Positions 18,618 to 27,484 of a stretch of DNA of 64,000 bases are shown in pieces. The notes under the pieces were generated by a model. It was not told the origin of the DNA. It made no database searches and saw only the letters and a list, made by a program, of their open reading frames with translations. The translations under genes were made by a program, and so were the position numbers. The stretch's first letter is position 1; the number at the start of each line of letters is the position of its first letter. This stretch comes from a virus (Duplodnaviria > Caudoviricetes), in the IMG/VR virus record IMGVR_UViG_2931439988_000001, positions 120 to 64,119 of that record. The stretch is one strand, 5' to 3'.

Positions 18618-19346
18618 GTGAGCAGAAAACAGAATCCGAATCGGAAGAAAGCGTTCAAAATCTGGAAAGATAGTGGCGGGGCGATGAAGCCGAAAGAGAT
18701 TGCGGAAAAGTTGGGCATTACACCTGAATCAGTCCGGAAGTGGAAATCACTTGATCAATGGGAAGGGAAGATGGCCAACGCTAAGCCTGGTGCTCCTCGT
18801 GGCAATCAGAATGCAAAAGGGAATCGTGGTGGAAAAGGCGGCCCTCCAGGTAATCAAAAGGCTGTAACACATGGTTTGTTCCGCAAGTTCGAACCACAAG
18901 ATCCTGAGTACCTAGAACTCATAGATATTGTTCAGCACATGGAACCTATAGACATGATCTGGCATAACATCACCCAGGGATTCCGTAAAATCATTTGGGC
19001 GCAGCGAATCTTCTTCATCAAAGACAAAGAGGATATGACCAAAGAATTGAAAAGGGAGAAACCAGGTGAGTATGGAGATGAATACGAATGGGAAATTCAA
19101 TTCGCTTGGGATAAATACGCTAGTTTCATTAAAGCAGAGGCAACGGTAATGCGGGAGATCAGGGGAGCTATCAAACAATTCCTTGATATCGCGCCGCAGG
19201 AAGATGAGCGCCGATTGAAGTTGGATCAGATGCAGGCCAAAGTTGATAAAACCCGCCTTGAGATCGAGAAACTGAAGAACGGTGATGGAGATACCGAAGA
19301 TGATCTGATCGAAGATTGGGTAAAGGCGGTGGAGTCTGGTGAGTAA
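18618..19346 (+). CDS. terS: Terminase small subunit
   Basis: N-terminal HTH (AFKIWKDSGG...KEIAEKLG...VRKWKSLDQW), GAPRGNQNAKG repeats, NQKAVTHG. Confidence 0.9.
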   Translation: MSRKQNPNRKKAFKIWKDSGGAMKPKEIAEKLGITPESVRKWKSLDQWEGKMANAKPGAPRGNQNAKGNRGGKGGPPGNQKAVTHGLFRKFEPQDPEYLELIDIVQHMEPIDMIWHNITQGFRKIIWAQRIFFIKDKEDMTKELKREKPGEYGDEYEWEIQFAWDKYASFIKAEATVMREIRGAIKQFLDIAPQEDERRLKLDQMQAKVDKTRLEIEKLKNGDGDTEDDLIEDWVKAVESGE

Positions 19347-20793
19347 AGAGTCTCTGCAAACAAAACGCCGCTTTGCTGCATTCAAAAAGCGAATCCCTGA
19401 GTACCGGAAGAACCCGGTTCTTTTTTGCGTGGAATTGCTAAAATTCACTCCTGATGAGTGGCAAGCAGAAGTAATGATAGACATAGCTGGAGGTCCGCGA
19501 GTGTCGGTGCGATCTGGACAGGGTGTTGGTAAGACCGGTCTTGAGGCAGCGGTGGCATTATGGTTCCTATCGTGTTTCCCGTTTCCTAAGGTAATTTGTA
19601 CTGCACCGACTCGTCAGCAGTTGCATGATGTCTTATGGGCTGAGATTAGCAAATGGCAAGAGAAAAGTCCGTTGCTTAAACGGATACTCAAATGGACAAA
19701 GACTAAGATTTACATGCGAAATTATGAGGAACGCTGGTTTGCTACAGCCCGGACAGCTACCAAGCCCGAGAACATGCAGGGTTTCCATGAGGACTACATG
19801 CTCTTTATTGTGGACGAAGCTTCCGGGGTTGAAGATCGTATCATGGAGGCTATCCTGGGTACGCTCTCAGGTGAATTCAATAAGCTACTCATGTGTGGTA
19901 ACCCAACACGAACCAGCGGAGTATTTTACGACTCACACAATAGAGACCGTGCAGATTACAAAACGCATAAAGTATCTTGTCTGAACAGCCCTCGGACAAG
20001 CAAAGAGAATATAGCCATGCTTGAGCGTAAATACGGCAAGGGATCAGACGTATGGCGTGTAAGGGTTGAAGGGGAATTTCCGCGGGGTGAGTCAGAGACC
20101 TTTATCGCTCTGGAGGTAGCTGAGTTTGCTGCTAAAGACGTCTCCTTAGAACCAGTAGGTGATACCTTGACCATTGGCTGTGACGTTGCTCGTTTTGGCG
20201 ATGATGAGACATCTATGTACGCGGGGATAGGTCCAGTAACAGTCGGGCAGCATCATCATTTCAAGAAAGACACAATGGTTACTGCTGGATGGGTGTTGAA
20301 CTTGATAAGAGAACTGCTCCCACAGTACCCAGAAGTCGTTCATACGAGAATCAGGATAGATGATACCGGTGTAGGTGGCGGTGTGACAGATCGGTTGAAT
20401 GAAATAATAGCAGAAGAAGGGCTTCCTTATGAAGTTATTCCTATTAACAATGGATCGTCATCTTTGGATGAACATTATGGAAACCTGGGCGCTGAAATGT
20501 GGGCGTATATTAAGGGGCTTCTTGAACAAAACATGAGCAATTATATGAACAATGAGCCTGCGGTCTTACAATTACCCGATGACGATGTACTTACTTCCCA
20601 ATTGACAGCAAGAAAATGGTCAATGACCAGTAAGGGGAAGATACTACTTGAAAGTAAGAAGGACATGAAGAAGCGCGGATTAAAATCACCTGACAGAGCT
20701 GACGCATATGTTCTCGCCTTCGGTGAATATTTGATGGGAACACCTCAGTCTATAATGCTTCCTACAATAGGTGGCGTTTCAGTAAAAAGATAA
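19339..20793 (+). CDS. terL: Terminase large subunit
   Basis: VRSGQGVGKT Walker A, IVDEASGV Walker B, GNPT, IGCDVARFGDD nuclease, SPDRADA. Confidence 0.95.
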   Translation: MSKESLQTKRRFAAFKKRIPEYRKNPVLFCVELLKFTPDEWQAEVMIDIAGGPRVSVRSGQGVGKTGLEAAVALWFLSCFPFPKVICTAPTRQQLHDVLWAEISKWQEKSPLLKRILKWTKTKIYMRNYEERWFATARTATKPENMQGFHEDYMLFIVDEASGVEDRIMEAILGTLSGEFNKLLMCGNPTRTSGVFYDSHNRDRADYKTHKVSCLNSPRTSKENIAMLERKYGKGSDVWRVRVEGEFPRGESETFIALEVAEFAAKDVSLEPVGDTLTIGCDVARFGDDETSMYAGIGPVTVGQHHHFKKDTMVTAGWVLNLIRELLPQYPEVVHTRIRIDDTGVGGGVTDRLNEIIAEEGLPYEVIPINNGSSSLDEHYGNLGAEMWAYIKGLLEQNMSNYMNNEPAVLQLPDDDVLTSQLTARKWSMTSKGKILLESKKDMKKRGLKSPDRADAYVLAFGEYLMGTPQSIMLPTIGGVSVKR

Positions 20794-20891
20794 AATGAGC
20801 TTAGTTCTTAATTATTCCATAAAATAGGACAGAGAGAATGCAAACGCATTGAAATTGATGGGTTTTTTTGAACTGGATGATTCAGAGTTTT

Positions 20892-20918
20892 AGGAGCGGG
20901 AATTGTCCCGCTCCTTTT
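20892..20918 (+). terminator. Intrinsic terminator after terL
   Basis: AGGAGCGGGA-ATTG-TCCCGCTCCT + TTT. Confidence 0.8.
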
Positions 20919-21022
20919 AACATACATAGTAGTTAATTATCTATTAAGAATATGTCGATAGATGGTATAATAATTGAAAATTCTTCCGTTAGCTGATTTT
21001 GGTGAAGTGTGGGGTTATTGAG

Positions 21023-21670
21023 ATGAAAAAAATCATATTAACTTTAGTAATTGTGATGTTCGCTTGCTCAGCTTGTACAATGTTCAATAAATATGAGGGA
21101 TACATGAGTAAGGCCAAAGATTCTATGAGGGAAGGTGAATATGAAGAAACGCTTGAGTACATACAAAATGCTTTAATTGAGGAACCTAATAGTAAAGATG
21201 CGGTTGCCTTAAAGACAATGGCGGAAGAAGCACTTCTGGAGGAGAATAATGAGTCAGAGAAAAAGAGATTTACTGTAGTTACAGTTCCTATATACGAGAG
21301 ACTTGTTGTTTTAACAGAAGGAGTAAATGAAGATGCTTCAAACATATCCGTTTCCGATGCTAAATCAATGCTTCCCGAGCTGGAACAAATAGAAAAAGAG
21401 TTAGCAGGGATGTCTAAAGAATGGAATCAATCGGAAATTTACTCAAACACATTTCAATATCTTAATGGTGCATCTGAAGATTTGAAGTTATGTCTCACTG
21501 CAATAATCGAGGATATTTCGGAATCAATTGAATTGAACGGAGATCACAGCAGATCAAATATTGTCACCCAAACTTTAAGGAGTAATGATTCGAAAATTAG
21601 AGCCCGCTTGTCATTTTATGACTATACCAGCAAAATGGAAAGTTTCAATGCTGGCTTACCGACTAAATGA
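21023..21670 (+). CDS. Putative lipoprotein with TPR-like helices (moron)
   Basis: MKKIILTLVIVMFACSAC signal/lipobox; upstream TGGTATAAT. Confidence 0.7.
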   Translation: MKKIILTLVIVMFACSACTMFNKYEGYMSKAKDSMREGEYEETLEYIQNALIEEPNSKDAVALKTMAEEALLEENNESEKKRFTVVTVPIYERLVVLTEGVNEDASNISVSDAKSMLPELEQIEKELAGMSKEWNQSEIYSNTFQYLNGASEDLKLCLTAIIEDISESIELNGDHSRSNIVTQTLRSNDSKIRARLSFYDYTSKMESFNAGLPTK

Positions 21671-21774
21671 GGTCCTTAATTATTTGACCCAAACATGAAC
21701 CTTAGCAACCGGTAGGCATTCGAGCAAAGGAACACTTCTGATAGAGTGTTTGGCTATGCTCTTTCGGTTATTTT

Positions 21775-22041
21775 GCTGTTTACAACGTGGACAAGGAAGC
21801 GGATTTGAAGGAAAAAGATCGTTTGCTCAGTTTAGCCATGGAGAGGCTGTCTTCAGTGCAACGTGAGGTGATCCAACGCAGCTATTTAGATAATGAAGGT
21901 GAGTTCGATTATATTAGTTGCGGAGAGATGGGAATAAGTGAAAGCACATTTAGAAGAATTAAGCTTGAGGCGGTGAGTGTACTTGCAAGTGCGCTGGGCT
22001 TAGAAGTCATACATGAGCAAGCCAAGGAAGGCGTTTGTTGA
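21775..22041 (+). pseudogene. 5'-truncated ArpU-family late regulator
   Basis: AVYNVDKEAD...MERLSSVQREVIQRSYL...EMGISESTFRRIKLEAVSVLASALG; no RBS or start for the N-terminal part. Confidence 0.7.
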
Positions 22042-22052
22042 TTTATATGAAG

Positions 22053-22098
22053 AAGCAGGGTAGGACTGATGGATTAACCAGTCTACCCTGCTTTTTTT
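22053..22098. terminator. Bidirectional terminator
   Basis: AAGCAGGGTAGGACTG...CAGTCTACCCTGCTTTTTTT between convergent genes. Confidence 0.8.
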
Positions 22099-22110
22099 AG
22101 AGTATCGTTG

Positions 22111-22287
22111 TTACTTCTTTTTAGTAGGCATCTTAATCACAAAGAACAACAATGATAAGAAGAATAGAGCCTGTGAGATAGTTACCAGTAATCTGATTCC
22201 TTCACCAGAATCTTTTATACCAAATAGAATATCGATTATGGATACCAAACCTGTAGATATAAGTATAAACAGTGCGAGTATGTACAC
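22111..22287 (-). CDS. Small two-TM membrane protein, 58 aa (candidate immunity protein)
   Basis: RBS GGGAGG, GTG start; MYILALFILISTGLVSIIDILFGIKDSGEGIRLLVTISQALFFLSLLFFVIKMPTKKK; absent from ORF track. Confidence 0.75.
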   Translation of the reverse strand: MYILALFILISTGLVSIIDILFGIKDSGEGIRLLVTISQALFFLSLLFFVIKMPTKKK

Positions 22288-22311
22288 GTTTAGTCCTCCC
22301 TAAGTTCGATT

Positions 22312-22878
22312 TTATAGCAGGAAGAAGACAATTGCTCTTGCAGCTGGATCACTTAACCATCCTGGAACTCCAACGGACTGTAAGGCATTAGAAAGACCAT
22401 CTTCCGCAGTACCTGAGAAATCTACCATGATATCCAAAGCTTGCATCAGTACTTGATAGCTGAGGTATGTTTTCAAAGTAGTTTTTGCACCAGCTGTCAA
22501 TGGTAATTTATCTACGTACACTTTAATCTGTTCATTCCAAGCACGTGACCCAACGTTTTTGAGTTTTTTGATTAATTCTTGTGCTACTTCTTTTGCCAGT
22601 TTTGTTTTCCAACCAAGTGTACCGACTTCTCCAGCAGCAGTAGTCATTCCTAGTTCAGAACCAACAGTTCTAAAAAGAGCGTTGTAATCAACTTGTCTTA
22701 ATTCTAATTCAATTCTGGCATCTTTGTTAATAGGACCAGTGGGCAATTCAATTTGTGTCCCTGTGTTGGCAGGTGAAGTGCCATTAGCAACTTGAGCGCT
22801 GGCGAAAGCGGGTAGTGTAAATGATGACAGTAAGAGTGCGGAAAGTGATGCGATTCCCAGTTGCTTAATTTTTTTCAT
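22312..22878 (-). CDS. Secreted protein with hydrophobic C-terminus (candidate bacteriocin-like toxin)
   Basis: Sec signal ending AFA-SA; cationic amphipathic GWKTKLAKEVAQELIKKLK; ends AARAIVFFLL. Confidence 0.7.
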   Translation of the reverse strand: MKKIKQLGIASLSALLLSSFTLPAFASAQVANGTSPANTGTQIELPTGPINKDARIELELRQVDYNALFRTVGSELGMTTAAGEVGTLGWKTKLAKEVAQELIKKLKNVGSRAWNEQIKVYVDKLPLTAGAKTTLKTYLSYQVLMQALDIMVDFSGTAEDGLSNALQSVGVPGWLSDPAARAIVFFLL

Positions 22879-23220
22879 AGATCCAGACCTCTTTTCATAA
22901 AATTTAGGTGTTGCAGGAATATTATAGCACTAGCAATCTATTAGACTCAAATTATAGGTAGATAACCTTAAATTTTACATTAAGTTTACAAAGTGTTCTC
23001 TTGAAATTGTTGACTGATTAATGACCTTATTTTGAATGAATAGTGATCGTTCGCTGGACTTTAGACGTGATATATTGGTAATGTGGAAATCGGGCGAGAA
23101 TGAAACGCACAGCTGCAATAGCGGCATATGACTGGGGCGTTCCTCTTCTCGCCTTTTCTGTTAACTTATGAAGGTAATTCAATTCAGATACCGAATTAGT
23201 TGTAGGGGAGGTGTCGATCA

Positions 23221-23367
23221 TTGGATTTTTGGCAACTATTAATTGCGTGGATTGGTATCATCTGCTGGGTTATCGTGTATAAAGATCGGGTAAGCAAATG
23301 GATACTGTATCCTGTATCGCTTGTTTGCGTGTTTGGTACATTCATTTTTTGGATTCTTAATCAATAA
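23221..23367 (+). CDS. Small two-TM peptide, 48 aa
   Basis: RBS GGGGAGGTG, TTG start; MDFWQLLIAWIGIICWVIVYKDRVSKWILYPVSLVCVFGTFIFWILNQ. Confidence 0.65.
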   Translation: MDFWQLLIAWIGIICWVIVYKDRVSKWILYPVSLVCVFGTFIFWILNQ

Positions 23368-23686
23368 AGTGAGAAAATAGAAGAGATCAGGAGCTAACGA
23401 AAAGCTATACTACTATAATGAAGCATAGTGTTTTTGACTCAATAATGTAATCTCAGTAAGATGGTCTTGTTCTTCCTCTATAGTTACATAGTACGTATGC
23501 ATTTAAAGCAAAGAGCGCAGCGCATTTGCTGCGAACGGTACGGACGCCAATGTTTTAAAAGCGTCACATGATTCGCCAAAAGCGCCATTTATACACCATA
23601 AACGTATTTTGATTAGCCATTATTGTACATATAACAGCCAAAGTCGTTCCTTCACTGGATCGGCTTTTTTTATTGGAGGAATTGAA

Positions 23687-23842
23687 GTGATCATCAGAAG
23701 ACGGAAGAAGATACGCATTCGCCCTAACAAGCAGCCTGAGAAATGCAAAGGTTGTGTATGGGGCAGATGGGATGGAGTGAAGCAGTTCTGTAGTAGACCC
23801 ACTTGTCCAAAAGAGGTAAAATATTCTAGCACGTTATCTTAG
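23687..23842 (+). CDS. Four-Cys microprotein, 51 aa (paralog of 17628-17798)
   Basis: RBS GGAGG; KQPEKCKGCVWGRWDGVKQFCSRPTCP. Confidence 0.7.
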   Translation: MIIRRRKKIRIRPNKQPEKCKGCVWGRWDGVKQFCSRPTCPKEVKYSSTLS

Positions 23843-23857
23843 TGTTAGGAGTGGTGA

Positions 23858-24259
23858 ATGAAAATGAGTGAAGTATATGAACCAACAACTGAAGCACCCC
23901 CTCTACAAATAGATTTTTTATTGGGAGCCCTAGTGGAAGTGGCAGACAGTTTGTCTTTAGGGTTAACCTTAAATGTTGGAGGGGCCCTTGTTTCTGGAGT
24001 ATTAATGTCGAATAAAGAGTATTTCGAGTCGGTTGCAGATGAATTTGAAGGTGTGAGTGAAGATGGGGCTAAATTAGGTTCATTATATCGTCGCTTTGCT
24101 GCTGAAAATTATTCAGATACATCCGTCGATGCAATCACCGAATTTATTCATCTGAAGGACGTTGTTATCGCTCAGGGGGATACTAGTTATCTCACTAAGC
24201 TTTGGAGAGGGAAGCTCAATTCAGTCGATGGATTTTCATTTGGTACTTTGAAGAAATAA
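23858..24259 (+). CDS. GvpU-like protein (orphan)
   Basis: LGLTLNVGGALVSGVLMSNKEYFE...FIHLKD...LWRGKLNSVDGFSFG. Confidence 0.65.
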   Translation: MKMSEVYEPTTEAPPLQIDFLLGALVEVADSLSLGLTLNVGGALVSGVLMSNKEYFESVADEFEGVSEDGAKLGSLYRRFAAENYSDTSVDAITEFIHLKDVVIAQGDTSYLTKLWRGKLNSVDGFSFGTLKK

Positions 24260-24521
24260 GAAGAGTCGCCTTAGGGCGGCTTTTTCTTTTGCTCTGATAT
24301 GACAGAATGTGAGCCGTTCTGAGCTTGTTTATATGAGAACTTCCGTTTGCAGGGATAATTGTATAGGAGAGCGGAGAATAGGCGCTGAGTGAGCGTACAC
24401 ATGTATATGATGGTCACCCAAACGTTGAAACCAACTCAAGACAAATATCAATCCTTGACCAACCTCATCTATTGTCTGATACTGGAAGATGTTGTATCAG
24501 AAACAAATGAGGAGTGGAAGG

Positions 24522-25325
24522 ATGAAGAAGATTTATATTGCATTGATTGCTTTAGGGATTATTGGAGTTTGGGGAGGCTCTGGCTGGGCTATAAACACAT
24601 GGATAAACGCTAGTTATCGTGGAACCTTCGGGGATATGTTTGGAGCGGTCAATGCGTTATTCTCTGGGCTTGCATTTACCGGTCTCATATACACAATTGC
24701 AGTGCAAAGGCAAGAACTGCAGACCCAAAGTAAGTCAATTGATATGCAAACAGATGAACTCTCGCTTCAGAGAAAAGCTATACAAATGCAAACAGAAGAG
24801 CTGGGACTTCAAAGAAAAGCTATTGAAATGCAAACAGAAGAGATAAAGATGCAAAGAGAAGAAACTGCTCGATCGGCAAATCAGTTGGAGGGTCAGAAGA
24901 ACCTATTAAATCTTCAAACTGCGATGAGTGTGGTAAATGATTTGATTCAAGTAAAAAATAAGAGGCTTGATGAAATGAAGCGTGTTTTACCAAATGAAAG
25001 GACAAGAGGATCAGGCCCAATTGCTAAGCTAATAGAAAACGACGGCTACGGGGATGTTTTTGAAATCTCAGAAAATAAAACTTACATACAAAGTTACCTT
25101 AACACATTCTTTTTTTCTTTAAGTTTCATACAGAGTTATGATTTGCAAAATGAACAGAAAGACATTTTAAGTGATCTAGTGAACATGAACACGTCAGACG
25201 ATGAACTTGTACTTATTTACATAGCAGTCGCACAAAATCAACACAGATTGATGATGCTTAAAGTAAATGGTTTTTATCCAAGGCACCAAAAATTAACTGA
25301 AAATTCTACGAAGTCATCCTATTAA
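24522..25325 (+). CDS. Membrane-anchored protein resembling the putative abortive-infection (putAbiC-type) family
   Basis: TM then GTFGDMFGAVNALFSGLAFTGLIYTIAVQRQEL; coiled-coil repeats. Confidence 0.6.
   Translation: MKKIYIALIALGIIGVWGGSGWAINTWINASYRGTFGDMFGAVNALFSGLAFTGLIYTIAVQRQELQTQSKSIDMQTDELSLQRKAIQMQTEELGLQRKAIEMQTEEIKMQREETARSANQLEGQKNLLNLQTAMSVVNDLIQVKNKRLDEMKRVLPNERTRGSGPIAKLIENDGYGDVFEISENKTYIQSYLNTFFFSLSFIQSYDLQNEQKDILSDLVNMNTSDDELVLIYIAVAQNQHRLMMLKVNGFYPRHQKLTENSTKSSY
24744..24860 (+). repeat. In-frame 42-nt tandem repeat (about 3 copies)
   Basis: ATGCAAACAGA at 24744, 24786 and 24828; encodes MQTxELxLQRKAIx. Confidence 0.85.
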
Positions 25326-25355
25326 AGGATGGCTTTTCATTTTGGAGGTATAAAC

Positions 25356-25562
25356 ATGAACATCAGAATCGTGCCGATCGATCAGATTAATGCAGCAGCC
25401 TACAGCCCCCGGGTTGACCTTCAGCCTGCCGATGTTGAATATAAGAAGCTTCGTCGTAGCATAGAGGAATTCGGTTATGTTGAGCCGATTGTCTGGAATG
25501 AACGCACAGGGCATATGGTCTGCGGTCATCAGCGATACAAGAAAATGGTTAATGACCAGTAA
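25356..25562 (+). pseudogene. Truncated ParB-N domain gene (type usually fused to or next to a DNA methylase)
   Basis: INAAAYSPRVDLQP..VEYKKLRRSIEEFGYVEPIVWNERTGHMVCGHQRY, then fused to a terL relic. Confidence 0.8.
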
Positions 25563-25712
25563 GAGGAAAATACCTTTTGAAAGCAAGAAAAACGAGGCCT
25601 CAAGTCACCGGATAGAGTTGACTCATATGTTCTTACCTTCGGTGAATATATGACAGGCACGCCACAGTCTTTAATGCTTCCTTCCATAGGTAGTGTGATA
25701 GTGAAAAGATAA
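25538..25712 (+). pseudogene. Diverged, frameshifted copy of the terL 3' end
   Basis: Aligns to 20609-20793 with a 10-nt deletion; ...KKRGLKSPDRVDSYVLTFGEYMTGTPQSLMLPSIGSVIVKR*. Confidence 0.9.
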
Positions 25713-25911
25713 ATAGATGGAAAGTGTGTTGTCAGGCGTGAGGTGGCGTTTACGTAGACATTTTATATAGAGAAAATCTATTTACAAATGCATTCAGCGA
25801 GCAAACCTATAAGGTTGATGCGGAGTTGGAAGCTAAGGATTGACTATACTTTGGCTGCGGTTATCATTCAATCTCTTTCTATTAAGATACTTTTTTACAG
25901 ATTATATTTTT

Positions 25912-25966
25912 CATTATAAAAAACTGCACCTCCAATGTTAGAGTGTAACAATTGGGGTGCAGTTCA
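25912..25966 (-). mobile_element. Left-end remnant of an IS3/IS150-like element
   Basis: Minus strand TGAACTGCACCCCAATTGTTACACTCTAACATTGGAGGTGCAGTTTTTTATAATG, matching recalled IS150-type ends; no transposase. Confidence 0.55.
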
Positions 25967-26094
25967 AAATGGGTGTTTATAATTTTGTTGAAAACATCGT
26001 ATCGATTTGCCGAAACAATTACGCATCTGTTTTAACCTTAACAAAACATACGAACAAAAGCTTTCTGATTTACATGATCAAACACGATTTACTT

Positions 26095-26328
26095 TTATCC
26101 TGTGTGAACACCGATACCTAATATTACTACAATCGTACAACTTTCGGGCTTATAAGGTTCAATTTTCACCTTCACGTCAAATTCCATTTGTTCAAATGAT
26201 GTTTCCTCATCTTCAAACTTACTTGCTGCTTCAAGAAGAACTTTTTCAACTAAAGCTCGACCAAACGAATTGTAGTCATGAACCTTTAATGCGTGTTCAG
26301 TAATGTATTTTTTTGTCAAGTCAGCCAT
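26095..26328 (-). CDS. Small acidic protein with hydrophobic C-terminal tail, 77 aa
   Basis: RBS GAAAGGT; MADLTKKY...EPYKPESCTIVVILGIGVHTG. Confidence 0.6.
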   Translation of the reverse strand: MADLTKKYITEHALKVHDYNSFGRALVEKVLLEAASKFEDEETSFEQMEFDVKVKIEPYKPESCTIVVILGIGVHTG

Positions 26329-26456
26329 ATTATCAACTACCTTTCTTTTTTTTCTTACATAACTATTATGTAATAATAATGTAGTAATTATACATTTTTG
26401 ATTAGGTATATTTAAATTAATATTAGAAAACAATACGAAAAAAGGAGTGATAAATA

Positions 26457-27311
26457 GTGGTTAATTTAAATGATATGGTTAGTAATAACGGAGAAATAAT
26501 TCCATCGCGAATTGTTAGTAGTTCAATTACTTCTACTGCATCCAATCATGGCGCAGGTATTGCTGAAATCAATTTCACTCGCGAAGTCAAAAAATTACCA
26601 TCAATAGAAGAAGTGGAGTTGGATCCCCCACAAGATGTTTGCCCGCCTGATGAAAGAATCAAAGTATCTGAAACGACAAAGTTTCCTTGGAGGAGCATTT
26701 GTAGATTAATAATAACAAGAGAGGACGGATTAGTTGCTGTTGGAACAGGTTGGTTTATCGGTAAAAATACAATAGCTACTGCAGGACATTGTGTTTATAG
26801 TGATGATTTAAAAAAATGGCATAAATCTATAATAGTTGTTCCAGGATTAGACCATGATAAGGAACCATTTGGTAACTTCAAGAGTACTGAATTTTGGTCT
26901 GTTAAGGGTTGGACTGAAAATGGAGACAAAGAATATGATTACGGAGCTATTTTGTTGGATAATGATTTAGGTGAGAAAATTGGCTATTTTGGTTTGCGGA
27001 CGGATCCAGATTCTTTATTACAAAATAAAACAATAGTCAATTCTGGATATCCAACTGATAGAGATGATGTTTTGGTCGACACTCAATGGAAAATGAGCGG
27101 GACTATAAAAGCTGATGATTTAACTGAACGGAAAATTCAATATCTAATTGATACTCATGGGGGGAATAGCGGTGGGCCTCTGTGGCTAGAAGATGGATTA
27201 TATCAGGCTATTTGTATTCATGCTTATGGAGGATGTCCGAATTCAGGAACCCGGATTAACAGAGAAGTTTTCAATAATCTTATGGAGTGGATATCGATTG
27301 GAGATCGATGA
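26457..27311 (+). CDS. V8-like glutamyl endopeptidase (trypsin fold), no signal peptide
   Basis: TAGHC, DYGAI, DTHGGNSGGP triad; IHAYG S1 His. Confidence 0.9.
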   Translation: MVNLNDMVSNNGEIIPSRIVSSSITSTASNHGAGIAEINFTREVKKLPSIEEVELDPPQDVCPPDERIKVSETTKFPWRSICRLIITREDGLVAVGTGWFIGKNTIATAGHCVYSDDLKKWHKSIIVVPGLDHDKEPFGNFKSTEFWSVKGWTENGDKEYDYGAILLDNDLGEKIGYFGLRTDPDSLLQNKTIVNSGYPTDRDDVLVDTQWKMSGTIKADDLTERKIQYLIDTHGGNSGGPLWLEDGLYQAICIHAYGGCPNSGTRINREVFNNLMEWISIGDR

Positions 27312-27431
27312 ACGAATCTTATATCCAACTCAAGTTAATTCCATCAAAAGGCTTTAAAGTTAAAATGGAAAATCCGTAGTAACACAGTAATAAATCAATG
27401 ATATTATTTAGGCATAGAAATATGAACTTTA

Positions 27432-27466
27432 AGAAGGTATGGAAAATTTTCCTACCTTCTATTTTT
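27432..27466 (+). terminator. Terminator-like hairpin just before portal
   Basis: AGAAGGTATGGAAAATTTTCCTACCTTCT + ATTTTT. Confidence 0.7.
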
Positions 27467-27484
27467 ATGTCTGGAGGTGAAACA

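Noticed and set aside
21023-21670. Arbitrium/RRNPP receptor
   Set aside because: It has a lipoprotein signal, no HTH, and no adjacent short signal-peptide gene
23027-23221. Minus-strand 64-aa ORF
   Set aside because: No RBS; it overlaps the hairpin and RBS of the better-supported + strand peptide
24744-24860. CRISPR array
   Set aside because: Contiguous in-frame 42-nt repeats with no unique spacers and no cas genes
25538-25712. Template repeat of a diversity-generating retroelement targeting terL
   Set aside because: Differences are mostly at third codon positions and not adenine-specific, there is a frameshifting deletion, and no reverse transcriptase is present; it is a homologous relic
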